A DNA stretch of 44,544 bases from Thraustochytrium aureum (GCA_012862495.1 BLSG01000103.1:49941-94484), one strand, 5' to 3'. Counted from the stretch's first letter, positions 1 through 11,760 are shown. Notes: generated by a model not told the origin, from the sequence alone. A program made the numbers and translations.

Positions 1-1281
1 CTGCTGGAGAGGCGCGGTATGGAAAACCAAGGTCGGAGTTCCGACGGAGTCTGCGCGGACAGCGAGAGCGTGAGACCCGGTGCAGGTGACATTGCTCCCT
101 GAGAACCCGCCAAACGTGGTCGGCATAAAGTCGAGCTTTTGCTTTTGAAGCGGCTCCGGCTCCGACGTCGGAATGTCCAGAATGATCAGGTCGAACTCCT
201 TCTCACACCCGATGCACGACGAGGTGTCGGACAGCTCGGTGTACAAAAACGTTTCGAGGCTAGAGTCGAAATGGGTCATGGCATCACACGTGATTTCGAG
301 GGCGGGCTTGAGCTCTGTAATCAGGTCATCGACGAAACCTGTGTCGACAGTAGAAGCGGTCGGCAGACCCTTCAACCCAAACGCGAAGGCGCGCGTCACT
401 CCGTTCGTGACCAACGGACCAGGGACGGCGTTGACGAAAAATTGGGCCTCGACATCCTCCATGGCGTCCAGAACGTTGGCACGGCTGGCTCCGGCTGCGT
501 AAAATCCGGTCAGCTCAACGGTCGCACCAGCCTCAAGCTGGCCGAAATTGACAGTCATGAAATACCCGTGGTTGCCTTGGTTCGTCGACTGGGTGGCAAA
601 GTCAAAATTGGCAGAGCCCGAAAGGAGTGTGCAGCCCACGGCACCCGGGAGCGGGTCGCAGAACGGCGTCGTGCTCGACTGGCCCGCGTTCACGACGAGG
701 ACAACAGCCTCTTCGAGGAGGGCGGCATTCTTGGTGTACAGCCGCGAGGTGTGAGTCATCCCTGCCGTACCAGTATTCTGAACGTCCCAGTCCATCATGC
801 GCGTGTACTTGACGTTCTCCACAGCAGCATTCCCAATGTTCTCGATGGTAATGCTGATCTCGAACACATTCGGAGAGTTGGGCGAAGGGAAGAACTCGTG
901 GGTGACCTTAAAGGGGGATCCGAGAGTGCCAATCACGACTGAGGTAGCGGTAGAGGCGGTGGTAACAAAGCTCTGAAGGTCGGCATTGGTAAGGTCACCG
1001 TCGTAGGTGACGTAGGTTGAAAGGACCGCATCGCCCGAGACACCCCAGGCTTCGCCGCCGTTGCCCTGGTTGATCGCTTCGTTCTGGTACCACGTTCCCA
1101 CGACGGCGTCGTTGAAGCGCAGGCCGGGGTTGCGGTTGTTGTCGGGGCCTTCGTTGCTGAGCGCGCCATGGTCCTCGACGCCCAGGATTACGGTGTAGCC
1201 GGGGGCGGTGAGGGTTGCGCTCGCGCCCTCGCTGACGCGCATGAGCGCGGCCAGGAGGCCAACGCCCAGAACGGACTTCAT
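1..1281 (-). CDS. Secreted/surface protein (signal peptide plus beta-rich extracellular domain), 3' end outside the window
   Basis: ATG at 1281 (context caagATGaag) opens a frame of 427 codons that appears stop-free to base 1: MKSVLGVGLLAALMRVSEGA|SATLTAPG...GEAWGVSG...QSFVTTASTATSVV...KVTHEFFPSPNSPNVFEISITIENIG...YTRMMDWDV...NHGYFMTVNFGQLEAG...FYAAG. It has a hydrophobic N-terminus and GC3-biased codons. It is absent from the ORF track because there is no stop in the window; the + ORF 139..942 is its in-register antisense shadow. Confidence 0.85.
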   Translation of the reverse strand, partial: MKSVLGVGLLAALMRVSEGASATLTAPGYTVILGVEDHGALSNEGPDNNRNPGLRFNDAVVGTWYQNEAINQGNGGEAWGVSGDAVLSTYVTYDGDLTNADLQSFVTTASTATSVVIGTLGSPFKVTHEFFPSPNSPNVFEISITIENIGNAAVENVKYTRMMDWDVQNTGTAGMTHTSRLYTKNAALLEEAVVLVVNAGQSSTTPFCDPLPGAVGCTLLSGSANFDFATQSTNQGNHGYFMTVNFGQLEAGATVELTGFYAAGASRANVLDAMEDVEAQFFVNAVPGPLVTNGVTRAFAFGLKGLPTASTVDTGFVDDLITELKPALEITCDAMTHFDSSLETFLYTELSDTSSCIGCEKEFDLIILDIPTSEPEPLQKQKLDFMPTTFGGFSGSNVTCTGSHALAVRADSVGTPTLVFHTAPLQQ

Positions 1282-4200
1282 CTTGATCCTGGTGGTCTTT
1301 CTACTTGCGCTCTTGTTTGCTCTTGTGCTCTCGGTTCGCCCAAGTGATTGGGGTCTGCCGAACGAGGCACTGCCGCGCGGCGGCAACATGTTATGGCCTC
1401 CAAGGTGGCGCTAATAGCAAGGCAGACATGCGCATGCAGCCAAGGAGGATCCGACTTGATGGAAGTATCAGTGCGTTGGTTGATGAAGCATCAACGCGAG
1501 TGAGGGGATCCAGCCATTTCGCTTCTTTTTGAGCAATGCAATTCCTTGGCAAATTCCTTCGCGGCGCTCGCGACGAGCGACTCTGGCCGGAGATGGATCC
1601 ACAGGGACAGAGGCTGCAGCCAGTCGTGGCGCGCCCGACGAACCGTGCACAAGGGTCGTTTACCCAGACAATGATGATGCGCGCGCCACTCGCCACCAGT
1701 CACGATTAGTGCGATGCGACGCCACTTCCCTCTTTAAATGTGCGAGCGTGCGTCTGCCTCGCTCTCTTGCCCTATGCAGTTTCTGTTGCGTAATAGCTTG
1801 TGCCACATCACCGAATGGAGTAGATCACACCACTGGTAGAGAGAAGCTGGACTCGATCCGGGAGTGGATCTTATTCGTTGCGACGCAGCGCGCAGGGTTT
1901 GGGTGCCAGGCCCGAGCAGGTTGTCCAGGGATCTGCGTTCGAGGCTCAAGCTCAACGCAGCCATTTGCTCAGAGTGCTCGCCAAAGTTTGGTTGGTAGGC
2001 ACCGCGCCATCCGGTCTGTTCAGGCGATCCGCTCCCCTCAAAAGGTTTGCAACGCGGCCTCTGGACGAGTTGCGGTGAAGTGCAGCCGGTGGTGAAGGGT
2101 GTTGCGGCTGGCGTTTTCCCTTTTGCCAAAACGAGGCGTGCACAATNNNNNNNNNNNNNNNNNNNNNNNNNNNNNNNNNNNNNNNNNNNNNNNNNNNNNN
2201 NNNNNNNNNNNNNNNNNNNNNNNNNNNNNNNNNNNNNNNNNNNNNNNNNNNNNNNNNNNNNNNNNNNNNNNNNNNNNNNNNNNNNNNNNNNNNNNNNNNN
2301 NNNNNNNNNNNNNNNNNNNNNNNNNNNNNNNNNNNNNNNNNNNNNNNNNNNNNNNNNNNNNNNNNNNNNNNNNNNNNNNNNNNNAGGTGCGCCAGATCGC
2401 TCAAGAACTTAAAAGAAAAGCGCCGCTGTTGAAGTGCTCCCATAGAAGGACTCTTCTCTCCCTCGCGACCGCACATCAGCCAGCAGCTCCGCGTCGCACT
2501 CCGCACGCGTCGCCGAGGCACAGAACGCCAATTGGCAGGCCATCAGAGCAGAGCGCGCGCGCTCCGACAAAGCGCAGGCGCACGCGTCAAGGGCGTTTGG
2601 GCAGGTCGGTCGATCACGGCGACAACAGCGCCTCGGCGTCACGCGACCGACGCACCTGCATTCACGCTAGCCCAAAGCACCCTCCCTCTTGAGCTTTCTC
2701 AAGAAGCAGGTGGAACTCCACCTTCGTCTTTGCTCCTGTTCGGGCGGGCGCCCCTCCGCAGTTTGCAAAGTGCAACTTGAAACCCCTGGTTGAGTAAGCA
2801 CCTGCGTAACTTTCGCGCGGTCGACAGACGGCAACCCTTGAGGCGATCCAGGATCGTCGAAGGCAAAAAGCAATTGAGAAAAGATCCACGCAGGCCAACC
2901 GCGGTTTTGGTCGTTGCGGTCGACAGACTGCAACTCTTGTGGCGACACAGGGTCGTGATTGGACGCAGGGCTATTGCCGCGGGGGATACAACTTCAAGTA
3001 GGTTTCTTTTGTGGCTGATGCCTCTCATGTAGTAGTTCTCGAGTAGGCCTATTAGGCCTGCCAGAATTTAGAACTCACCACTCCAGGTGCAGTCTGCCTG
3101 CCAGTGCACTCACGGCGCGCAACTTGGAGACACTCGGAGAGCGACGCACTTCAAGTTCGATCGAGAACACCCAGCTCAGAAGGGAGCCAGTCACATCAGA
3201 GTGAGACGATTGGACGCTCAATTTTTTGGTGAGAGCGACGCGGCCGTGATTGACCGCTCTGGATCTGCATTGCACTTTCAAAGTTGAGGCAGAACAGCGC
3301 GCGCGCGAGGGAGCGAGTGGTGTGCACAAGCCAACTCCACTGGCAGCCCCACGTGGCTGGCCAATTTTGCAGACGCTTCAAGCGACTGACTTCACGAGAG
3401 GGGGGCGCTGCGGCCAGTGTCCTAAAGTGGACCGTGGCGCCCAGCAGCACTGGCAGGGAGGGTAGAGTTGTATTGGTCTTTGCAGAGTAGGTGAGTACTC
3501 TACCCACCCTCCACAAGTTTTCGCGAGTGTGCTCTTCTCGAGGGAGCGATACTCCTTGAGTCTACGGATCCACTGCAATCCAGGGGTTTCGAATCTGGAG
3601 AATCTGCTGTCGTGCTGCCGCTNNNNNNNNNNNNNNNNNNNNNNNNNNNNNNNNNNNNNNNNNNNNNNNNNNNNNNNNNNNNNNNNNNNNNNNNNNNNNN
3701 NNNNNNNNNNNNNNNNNNNNNNNNNNNNNNNNNNNNNNNNNNNNNNNNNNNNNNNNNNNNNNNNNNNNNNNNNNNNNNNNNNNNNNNNNNNNNNNNNNNN
3801 NNNNNNNNNNNNNNNNNNNNNNNNNNNNNNNNNNNNNNNNNNNNNNNNNNNNNNNNNNNNNNNNNNNNNNNNNNNNNNNNNNNNNNNNNNNNNNNNNNNN
3901 NNNNNNNNNNNNNNNNNNNNNNNNNNNNNNNNNNNNNNNNNNNNNNNNNNNNNNNNNNNNNNNNNNNNNNNNNNNNNNNNNNNNNNNNNNNNNNNNNNNN
4001 NNNNNNNNNNNNNNNNNNNNNNNNNNNNNNNNNNNNNNNNNNNNNNNNNNNNNNNNNNNNNNNNNNNNNNNNNNNNNNNNNNNNNNNNNNNNNNNNNNNN
4101 NNNNNNNNNNNNNNNNNNNNNNNNNNNNNNNNNNNNNNNNNNNNNNNNNNNNNNNNNNNNNNNNNNNNNNNNNNNNNNNNNNNNNNNNNNNNNNNNNNNN

Positions 4201-4746
4201 NNNNNNNNNNNNNNNNNNNNNNNNNNNNNNNNNNNNNNNNNNNNNNNNNNNNNNNNNNNNNNNNNNNNNNNNNNNNNNNNNNNNNNNNNNNNNNNNNNNN
4301 NNNNNNNNNNNNNNNNNNNNNNNNNNNNNNNNNNNNNNNNCAAAATCAAGTTTGACCAGAAGGATACACCAGAAGGATACTCGCGGTATCACGTTGCCCG
4401 CCTGGCAGAAGGTGCATGTAACGGACAAGGCGAACGCCCGACATGGGCCGCTGCGTGACTTGTGCTTCGCTCGTGGGAGTCTCGAGCGAGCGTGACAGGG
4501 CCCTGCTTCTCGTCTTTTCCACGTCACGTACCCCACCTCGTGACTGAGCTCGAGGCACGCGTCCAAGTTCTCGCGCAGCGGCAGGCAGTGCCAACGTGCT
4601 CTTTGCCAGCCTGGAACACTATAGTTCGCCCAAGGCAGTGCCCCAACGTGACGGAGTGAGGCTGGACGGGTCGAGCGATCGGGCCGAGGCCGAGTCAACG
4701 CTTTTGCTGGTGGTTTCGGAAGCGCTCGCGCGGGACGATTGCGACG

Positions 4747-6328
4747 ATGCGCTGCTGCACAGTGCTGGTGGTCGTTGTGGCCGTCATACTGGGCCTGCTC
4801 GGGAGCGGGAGGCTCCAAGGGTCCGCGCCGCTCAAGCCGCTGGCCACGTTTGGCAAGACTGGCAACCGTCGCCCTGAACTTGTTGGCCTAACCCCGCTGT
4901 TCGCGGAGAGAACCGCTTTTGGGTTCAACAGCTTGGCGCAAGGCTCCTTGAAGGGTGAGTTCGAGTGAAAAGCTGCGATGCGAGCGCCAAGCGGCGCTGC
5001 GCAAGCCCCCCGCGCTCGCCTCAGCTGTGCTCCTAACAAATGCGCGTGGGTCCTTCCTCGCGGCCTGGGCCGTAACAGGTGTCAATGCGATCGTTACGGG
5101 GGCGTCCACCGGGACTGGATGGTGAGTTGGGTTGTTGACGTGCGCGGCAATCCGCATACACGAACGAGGCGAGGGCCCAGCGCTAACCTCTCTTGGCTTC
5201 CCACTTGGACACATGCAGGTGGACTGCGTTCCACCTCGCCCGCAAGGGCGCGAACGTGGTTATCGTTTGCGCCCACTACAAAAAGTGCTACGACGCAGCG
5301 GAAGAAATCAACAAGCTCCTGGGTGACAAGCGCGTCATTTCGCGGACCTGCGAGTTCGACCACCTCGACCAAGTCCGTGTCCTCGTCAACGGCATCGAAA
5401 AGTTGTGGACCGAGGTGCACATTCTCGTGATGAACGAAGAGATGCGGACCTACGGCGAGGCAGCTCGCAACGTGACGGAGGACGGCATCGAGACAATGTA
5501 CCAAGTCAACCACTTGAGCCACTTCCTCATGTTCAAGTTCCTTAGGCGGCTGGTGGAGCGCGGGGCGGAAAAGCATGGCTGGGCGTCCATTGTGGTGCGT
5601 TCCGACCTCGCTCAGTACACGGCGCCGAAGGACTTGTCCTTCTTCCAGTCAATCCAAGCCATCAACGACCGGGCAAACTGGGAGGCGCACTCAGAGGCCG
5701 ACTACTATGCAGCTTCCAAGGTCACCCAGGCACTCTTTGTGGAGGAGCTGGCACGCCAGGTCGCAGACAAGCCCATCTTCGTGAACGCCTACCAGCCGGG
5801 ACTGGTCTGGAGCAAAGAAACGTAAGTGGTGCCACAATGCGGCGCAGTGCCGATTGCAGCCGCTAACTGGTTCTGGCGCAATGTCTAGCGAGCTCAAGGT
5901 CGTAGACCTGTTTGAGGCCACGCTCGCGCTGGAGAAGCAAGCCCAGCACTGGATCGACGAAAGCCTGGGCGGGCGTCTGAGCGTACGGGGCTGGTCCGCC
6001 AATGTATTTGCGTTTGTCGTCGAGGCGCAAAACAACCTTTTGTGGTCACTCGAAGACGCTGCACTCACCCAGGTTTTTCTGGCTGCTTCCCCGCGCGTGC
6101 GCGATGAGAACGTAAGTGTCAATGCGCTCCGCTTCCGTGACGCGTCCTTCTTGCGCGCTGGCAGATGCTGACGCTTCGGAAACGCGTGATCGAGGCGGTT
6201 TGTAGATTCGTGGCAAGCTCTTCCACCAGGTTGCCGAAGAGATGCCGCATGTGACTGGGGCATCTGAAGCTGCGGCGCGAGAGGCCTGGGCCCTCTCCGA
6301 CGCCATCCTCCGCGAAAAGGGCTTTTAG
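4747..6328 (+). CDS. Short-chain dehydrogenase/reductase (RDH11-14/WWOX-like) with N-terminal anchor, 5 exons, ~399 aa
   Basis: Exons 4747-4954, 5079-5121, 5219-5821, 5889-6111 and 6206-6328 total 1200 nt in frame. Introns start GTGAGT/GTAAGT and end YAG, with CTAAC/CTGAC branch sites. Splicing creates KGVNAIVTGASTGTGW (TGxxxGxG). Other motifs: TEDGIETMYQVNHLSHF, catalytic YAASK, VNAYQPGLV, TQVFLAASP, C-terminal AREAWALSDAIL. Confidence 0.9.
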
Positions 6329-6796
6329 TTGGCCTGACCATGCCACGGCGCAGTGCTTGCCGCCGAGACCAGCGCAGCCCTCTCCAAATAGCTACCAAAG
6401 GTACTCTAAGCCTACGTGAAGGTGGAGCCTTGCTTGGTCTCGCTCAACGAATACCCAGCCACCTGCCCAACTCTTTCGGCAGATACCTGGTGGGTGCTCT
6501 TACGTAGCTACTAGCTCGAGTACCCATCGGGTAGAGGCTCGTCAACCATGTCGCCGTTCCAGACTTGAACTTGCCCTTTTGGGCCCTTTTTCGATTGAAA
6601 GAGCACTCGCCGTACGTGTTCAACGACAGTCGCAGCTACAACCGAGCTCAAACCTTCAACAGAACACAGAGCGCTGGCTTGGCGCTCCCAGCGGGCCGCC
6701 TCAAGAGGCACCGCGCTCTGGCTGGCCCTGAGCTGGTCGCCGCGTCCGCGCCTCCGCTGCCTGGACGGAGCGCCTGGCTGCTGTTGGGCTGGGCCG

Positions 6797-8085
6797 ATGG
6801 CTGACGAGCGAACGGAGTTGAACCACCGCGACGTCGAACAAGGGCAGCAAGCGGAACGCTCGAGCCGCGACGGACGGCGGGGCCGCAAGCGGGCCGCAGT
6901 AGCCGCACGGGGGCGGATCGCAGAGCCCTGCTTGCGAATTCCAGCCTCACAAGTCGCTCGCGTTGCTGGCGTGGCGCCAAACTTCGGAAACCACACCCAA
7001 CTCCCAGAGCTATTCCTCGGCTTCGTCTTCCAGGGCCAACCTCATCAACAGGAAAACGACATGGCCCTTGCAAATGACGGCGCGGAGCGCGCGGCGGGCG
7101 GAGCCCCACGACAGCCCAGCTTGAAACTGTCCCAAACCTCTCGACACAAGCTTCGCCAGCTCGAGCGTCGCGCCGCGACAGAACCGGACAGACCCGAGCA
7201 ACTCAAGAGAGCAAAGCTCGAGCTCGCCGAGTTCACAGAAAAGCTCGTGGCGAACGGGACACTCGGCCCCTCGGAGGCGCAGACCCTGCGCCGCGACTGT
7301 TTCTCCGCGGCAAATTGTGCTTATGGTTTGCGACGGGAGAGGCAGGCTCTCAACCTCTACCGGGCGGCCAATGCTAGACATGGAGTGCGCGTGCAAAGCG
7401 GCAATCGCGGCGTATACACTTGGGCCTGGCCAGCGCCGTCCGACACCAGATACAGGAGCGAGCGGCAGTGGCGATCGTTCTGTAGCCTGCTCAGTGAGCC
7501 GAGGGCAGTGCGCAGCGCGCGCGGCTCCCCACTTTGCATTTCGCGAGACAAGGCAATGTTTTGCGTTACGGGGATGATTGACGGGCTGGCGCAGCAGGCG
7601 GCTGGGGGCCGCCCGGTCCTCGTGGAGATTAAGAATCGCGTTCGAGCGCGTCCGCGCGAGGACACGGAGCCGCCGCCCGCGCAAGACGTCCTGCAGACAT
7701 GCATCTACATGCAGATGCTGGGCGGGATTAAGGGCGACCTGGTCGAGTGTTATGGGGGCGACACGGGGCCCAGCGAAATCCGTTCGACGCGACTCGACCT
7801 CCAGGCGGACAACTTTCTCCACGGGTGGGGCTGCGAGGCACCATCTTGCCTCGCCTGTATGCCTTTGCCCAGGCCGTCTATCGTATCCGTGATGACGAAA
7901 TTTCGCGCGTTCGGCTGTTGAGAGCGCACAACGACTGTCTGCGTCAACGAGACCTGGCCTCTGCTGGGCAGCCCAGCTGTGTTGGTGCTGCTGGCTCTCA
8001 AGCCACTTTCCACCCCTCTACCTACGAGGTACTCGCAGAGCTTGCCGTCGACTGCCCCTGGCTTGCAAACAAGTTTAGCGCTTGA
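6797..8085 (+). CDS. YqaJ/lambda-exonuclease-like PD-(D/E)xK nuclease (one probable frameshift near 7830)
   Basis: Motifs occur in the family order: IPASQVARVAG (motif I), YGLRRERQAL (G-x3-E), VTGMIDG, LVEIKNR, QTCIYM, LVE. After the G-run at ~7823-7831 the C-terminus continues in the 7747..8085 frame (LRGTILPRLYAFAQAVYRIRDD). Confidence 0.72.
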
Positions 8086-8139
8086 CGATGGCGTAGCTGC
8101 AGAAGGGTCGTGCGCCAGATTTCTAAAGAAAATGTAAAA

Positions 8140-8613
8140 TGCACCGTTTTTTGTCGGCCGGGACGCGTGAAGAACGTGGTTTCGTATTGATGATTGGGGT
8201 CGTCCTCCCGCTTGCGCCGGGAGAAGACGCGTCGGCCGGGAAAGAAATACTATTCATGGTAAAATCGCCGCTTGGAGCACGAGACTGGACGCTGCAGTTT
8301 CGTGCAGCTGCGCAAATTTGGCTTCCAGTAACCCGTCGATCTCCTCGTCAAACTCGCCAGGCCCGACCAAGTCGGCCTGCACCGTTTTTGTCGGCCGGGA
8401 CGCGTGAACAACGTGGTTTCTATTGATGATTGGGGTCGTCCTCCCGCTTGCGCCGGGAGAAGACGCGTCGGCCGGGAAAGAAATACTATTCATGGTAAAA
8501 TCCCCGCTTGGAGCACGAGACTGGACGCTGCAGTTTCGTGCAGCTGCGCAAATTTGGCCTCCAGTAACCCGTCGATCTCCTCGTCAAACTCGCCAGGCTC
8601 GACCAAGTCGGCC
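8140..8613. repeat. Direct tandem duplication, two ~237-bp copies (8140-8377 and 8378-8613)
   Basis: Both copies begin tgcaccgttttt and end gaccaagtcggcc. By eye they differ by about 4 substitutions and 2 single-base indels. The duplicated unit covers the last ~40 codons and the 3' flank of the ankyrin gene. Confidence 0.95.
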
Positions 8614-9053
8614 AGCGCCTCTGCGCCAAACTTGAAGAAAAGCAGCGCCACCACCCGCGCGTTCCCCGACTTGCAAGCGGCATGAACGAACGAGTTGCCC
8701 TGCGAGTCGTTTGGAATGTCGCGCGGTGACTCGAACAGGTCGACGAGAAACCGCACCAAGCGTTCAGAGCCGTTCTCGCAAGCGAGGTGCACAGGAGTTT
8801 GCCCCAGCTGTCCGCGCGCAGGCCGGCACGGGTCGGCGCCGCACTCGAGCAGCATCTTGGCCGCACCAAACCTGCCGTTCGCGCAAGCAAAGTGAAGCGC
8901 CGTTAGCCCTGTCCAGGGGCACTCCTCGTCGACGCCGCCAAGTCTCTGGCTCGACCGCACAGATATTCTTGACCTGATGTGCTGTCGCAGTTGCTTCGTT
9001 GCGCCAAGGGCGGCGCTGTTCCAAAAGTCCCCAGTCCCAGCGAACCGCGTCAT
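8490..9053 (-). CDS. Small ankyrin-repeat protein (~187 aa)
   Basis: Ankyrin consensus repeats GLTALHFACANGRFGAAKMLLECGAD, GQTPVHLACENGSERLVRFLV and GNSFVHAACKSGNARVVALL. The likely start is MTRFAG at 9053, inside ORF 8490..9290. Confidence 0.85.
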   Translation of the reverse strand: MTRFAGTGDFWNSAALGATKQLRQHIRSRISVRSSQRLGGVDEECPWTGLTALHFACANGRFGAAKMLLECGADPCRPARGQLGQTPVHLACENGSERLVRFLVDLFESPRDIPNDSQGNSFVHAACKSGNARVVALLFFKFGAEALADLVEPGEFDEEIDGLLEAKFAQLHETAASSLVLQAGILP

Positions 9054-10013
9054 TTGTCGCAAGTGGCTCCGAGCTGAAGCTTCGCCAGGATCGCGCCCCC
9101 GCCTTGCAGAGAGCCAAACCCGGGAGGTTTCGTAGAGCCAAGCGCGCTCAAGCGCTCTCGGCCGGTGCTTGAGATGCGTCTGCTGCTGCGACCGTCGCTG
9201 ACTCTCGACTGAAAAATGGCCGTTGAGCAAGGATGGGCTGGTGTTTCTGGCCTCTTCCAGGCCACCTTCGCGGGCCGGCTTGCGATGCACCGCTCGGCGG
9301 CGGCTCGTGGCTCTACTTGCCGTTCATCGAACGACAGCTCTGCCCCAATCAAAAGCAGTAACAGCAAGTTGAACACGCACCCGGACCAGCCCCACATATG
9401 AGCTTCGTGCAGTTGGATCGAAACGACACCGGCGGACAAGCTAAGCCAGGACCAAGGAACGCCCATTGATTCATCGCCTCCCGTCCCAACGACATGGCGT
9501 ACACCATCATCCGCAGGTGATCATAAGCAAGTTTGTCACGGGCGTCTCGTGTGAACACTGCAAGGCTGTCATCCGTCACGTTTTGCGCCGTCTGGATGAG
9601 TACTTCGTAGAGCACCTTTGATTCACATTTGGCTTCTGGTCCTTATGGGGCTGGCCTGGATCCTCTCCAGCGAGCCGCCTCGGCGGCGCAGCGAAAATGG
9701 CCCTGTTGGTGCTGCCTGACCTCTGGAGTAAGGCTCAACTTTTCAACCTGTTTCTGGGGCGCGTCAAATGAGGCGTTTGCAAACTCCAAACAAGTACCTA
9801 CCAACCGCAAGACTCGACCGCAACAGCCTCGATTCCGTTCAGCCTACGAAGCTCTAGCTAGAGGGGAGAAGACGAAGAGCGGCGGCGCTGCCCCATCGCC
9901 GCGCGAAGCCATGCACCCAGTGCAACGGCCGGCACGCAACGGCCTGAATGCAAAGCCAGCTCGATCCAAGCGCCAGCCCATCCCGGGCCAACTTGGAGCA
10001 ATTCTGACAGAGG

Positions 10014-11151
10014 TCAACGCTGCAGCAGTGCTTCCGAAAACGCCCACAGATCCCGCGCGAGCGCTAGACCGACCTCGCCCTGGGCCCAGTTCGAGGGCTC
10101 AACCTTGATCGCCTGGGGGTGGAAATAGAGACCGGACAAGTTGCCAGTCTCAACCTCCGGCGAGGCTGCAAGATAGACTTGCGTTCGCGCCCCGTCCACC
10201 GCGCTCCAGATCAAGCTGCTCTCCACCCAGTCCACCACGGCAATAACAAGCTCGGCGGCTTGAGCAACCAAGGGATAGGGGGCCGCAAAGGCCCGCAGTC
10301 GCGCTTTGCCAGGCGCCGTGATACTGGTTGACACCATTCCAGGGTGAGCGACGTTTACAAAGATGTTGTGCCCTGCGCCGCGCAGGCGGCGCGACAGCTC
10401 CTGCGCAAACAGCACGTTCGCCAGCTTGCTCTGCCCGTAATACCGCAGAGGGGAAAAGTTTTCCGGGGCATTTAGCGCATCCAACGAGGTGTACACCCCA
10501 GGCGGCGTCGTAAAGAAGTGCGCCGCCGATCCGACAACGACGACGCGAGCGCTCCCGTGCTCGGCTGCCGTCTTCTCAAGGAGGGCCTGCAAATGCAGCG
10601 TCATGGCGAAGTGGCTGAGGTGATTCACCGCGAAAAAGATGTCGAATCCCGTCCACGGTCACCGCAGGCTCCGCATACGCAATCCCGGCGTTTTGCATGA
10701 ACACGTCGAGGCGAGAAAACTCGGCCAGGAAACGCTTCGAGAAGGCGCTGACGGACGCCAGGTCTGACAGGTCGACCAGCATGGCCGTGCAAGCGCCGTT
10801 CGGTGCCGCTTGCGCAACCTCACCGCACGCGGCTTCGCAAGCCTCCAAGCGCCGCCCAGCGACCACGACGTGGCATCCCTTGCGCGAGAGCTGGATGGCG
10901 GACTGCAGGCCGAGCCCTGCGTTCCCGCCGGTGACCAGGCACACCTTCCCCTCCAGCTGCCCTGCCGCCACGTCCTCGTACCCAGCTCTCGCTCGCTCCC
11001 GCCGCGAGAGAAACGCTGGCGTCAGCCCGACCAGGTCGCCACGGCCAAGCGCCTTGACGCCGACCAGGGCCGCGCTCCGGGGCAGCACGCCAGTCCCCGC
11101 GAGCACCGCCAGCAGCACGCCGAGCAGCACAAACGTGCGGCCGACCACCAT
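10014..11151 (-). CDS. Short-chain dehydrogenase/reductase (RDH/WWOX-like), intronless, one frameshift at ~10648
   Basis: ORFs 10576..11175 and 10014..10628 join as TVDG-FDIFFAVNHLSHF if one G is removed from a G-run. Motifs: N-terminal TM segment, VTGGNAGLG, DLSDLASV, QNAG, VVVGSAAH, YGQSK, VAHPGMV, TQVYLAASP. Confidence 0.9.
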
Positions 11152-11671
11152 GATCCCGTCGTCACGGTCCCGCACGAGCCTCTCGAGACGGTCGCGGAAC
11201 GTTCAGAGCGCTCGCCAACACGGGGGCGTTGCGCGCTCGCTCCGCTGCCCGCTCGCTCCGCTGCCCGCTGGTCGTCACGGCGGTGGTGGTCCCACGCAGG
11301 TAGGCAGGTAGTAAGAAGTACTTGGCTATCCGAGCGAACGCCCAGCCAACCAGCAGGCGTGCCACGAGCGAGCGAGCTCGGTGCGCACCGCTCGTGTTTG
11401 ACACGCGCGAGCAACCCGCGTTCCGGGACCCCCGCCGCGTCGAAGATCTTGCGCGCGCTCCGGGCCTCCGGGCGATCTACATCCCCGCGCCGCGCACATG
11501 AGAGGGATTCGCCGGGGCGCTCGCTGTGGCTGCCCGCTGTACCCATGTGCGATTCGTATCTTTTTTCTCGCTTTCCTTCTTTCTTCTGGCTTCCTCTTCC
11601 TGGTCGCTCGCTCCTCGTCTGTTCTGCTGTGGGGGAGTTCGTTCGCCCCGTGTGAGGCCACCGAGGAGCGC

Positions 11672-11694
11672 GCTGCTGCCGCCGCCGCTGCTGC

Positions 11695-11737
<43 letters not shown>

Positions 11738-11760
11738 GTTGTTGTTGTTGTTGTTGTTGG
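11672..11760. repeat. Compound trinucleotide microsatellite (GCC/CTG)n-(TTG)n
   Basis: About 13 CTG units followed directly by about 8 TTG units, lying between the divergently oriented SDR and giant genes. Confidence 0.95.

Noticed and set aside
139..942. 267-aa + strand ORF
   Set aside because: It is the in-register antisense shadow of the minus-strand secreted protein and has an unnatural composition.
4356..4380. Short tandem duplication ccagaaggatac(a)
   Set aside because: Too short, adjacent to a gap, and without functional context.
1300..4700. Short ORFs and X-filled ORFs around gaps 2147-2384 and 3623-4340
   Set aside because: No recognisable motifs or codon bias, and lengths are inflated by Ns. 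A decayed element cannot be excluded but is unsupported.
8140..8613. Repeat as LTR, CRISPR or transposon end
   Set aside because: The copies abut directly and derive from gene sequence. There are no spacers, target-site duplications or terminal inverted repeats.
9050..9615. ORFs 9349..9615 and 9050..9466 (minus) upstream of the ankyrin gene
   Set aside because: Weakly protein-like, but I found no convincing start, family or splice model.
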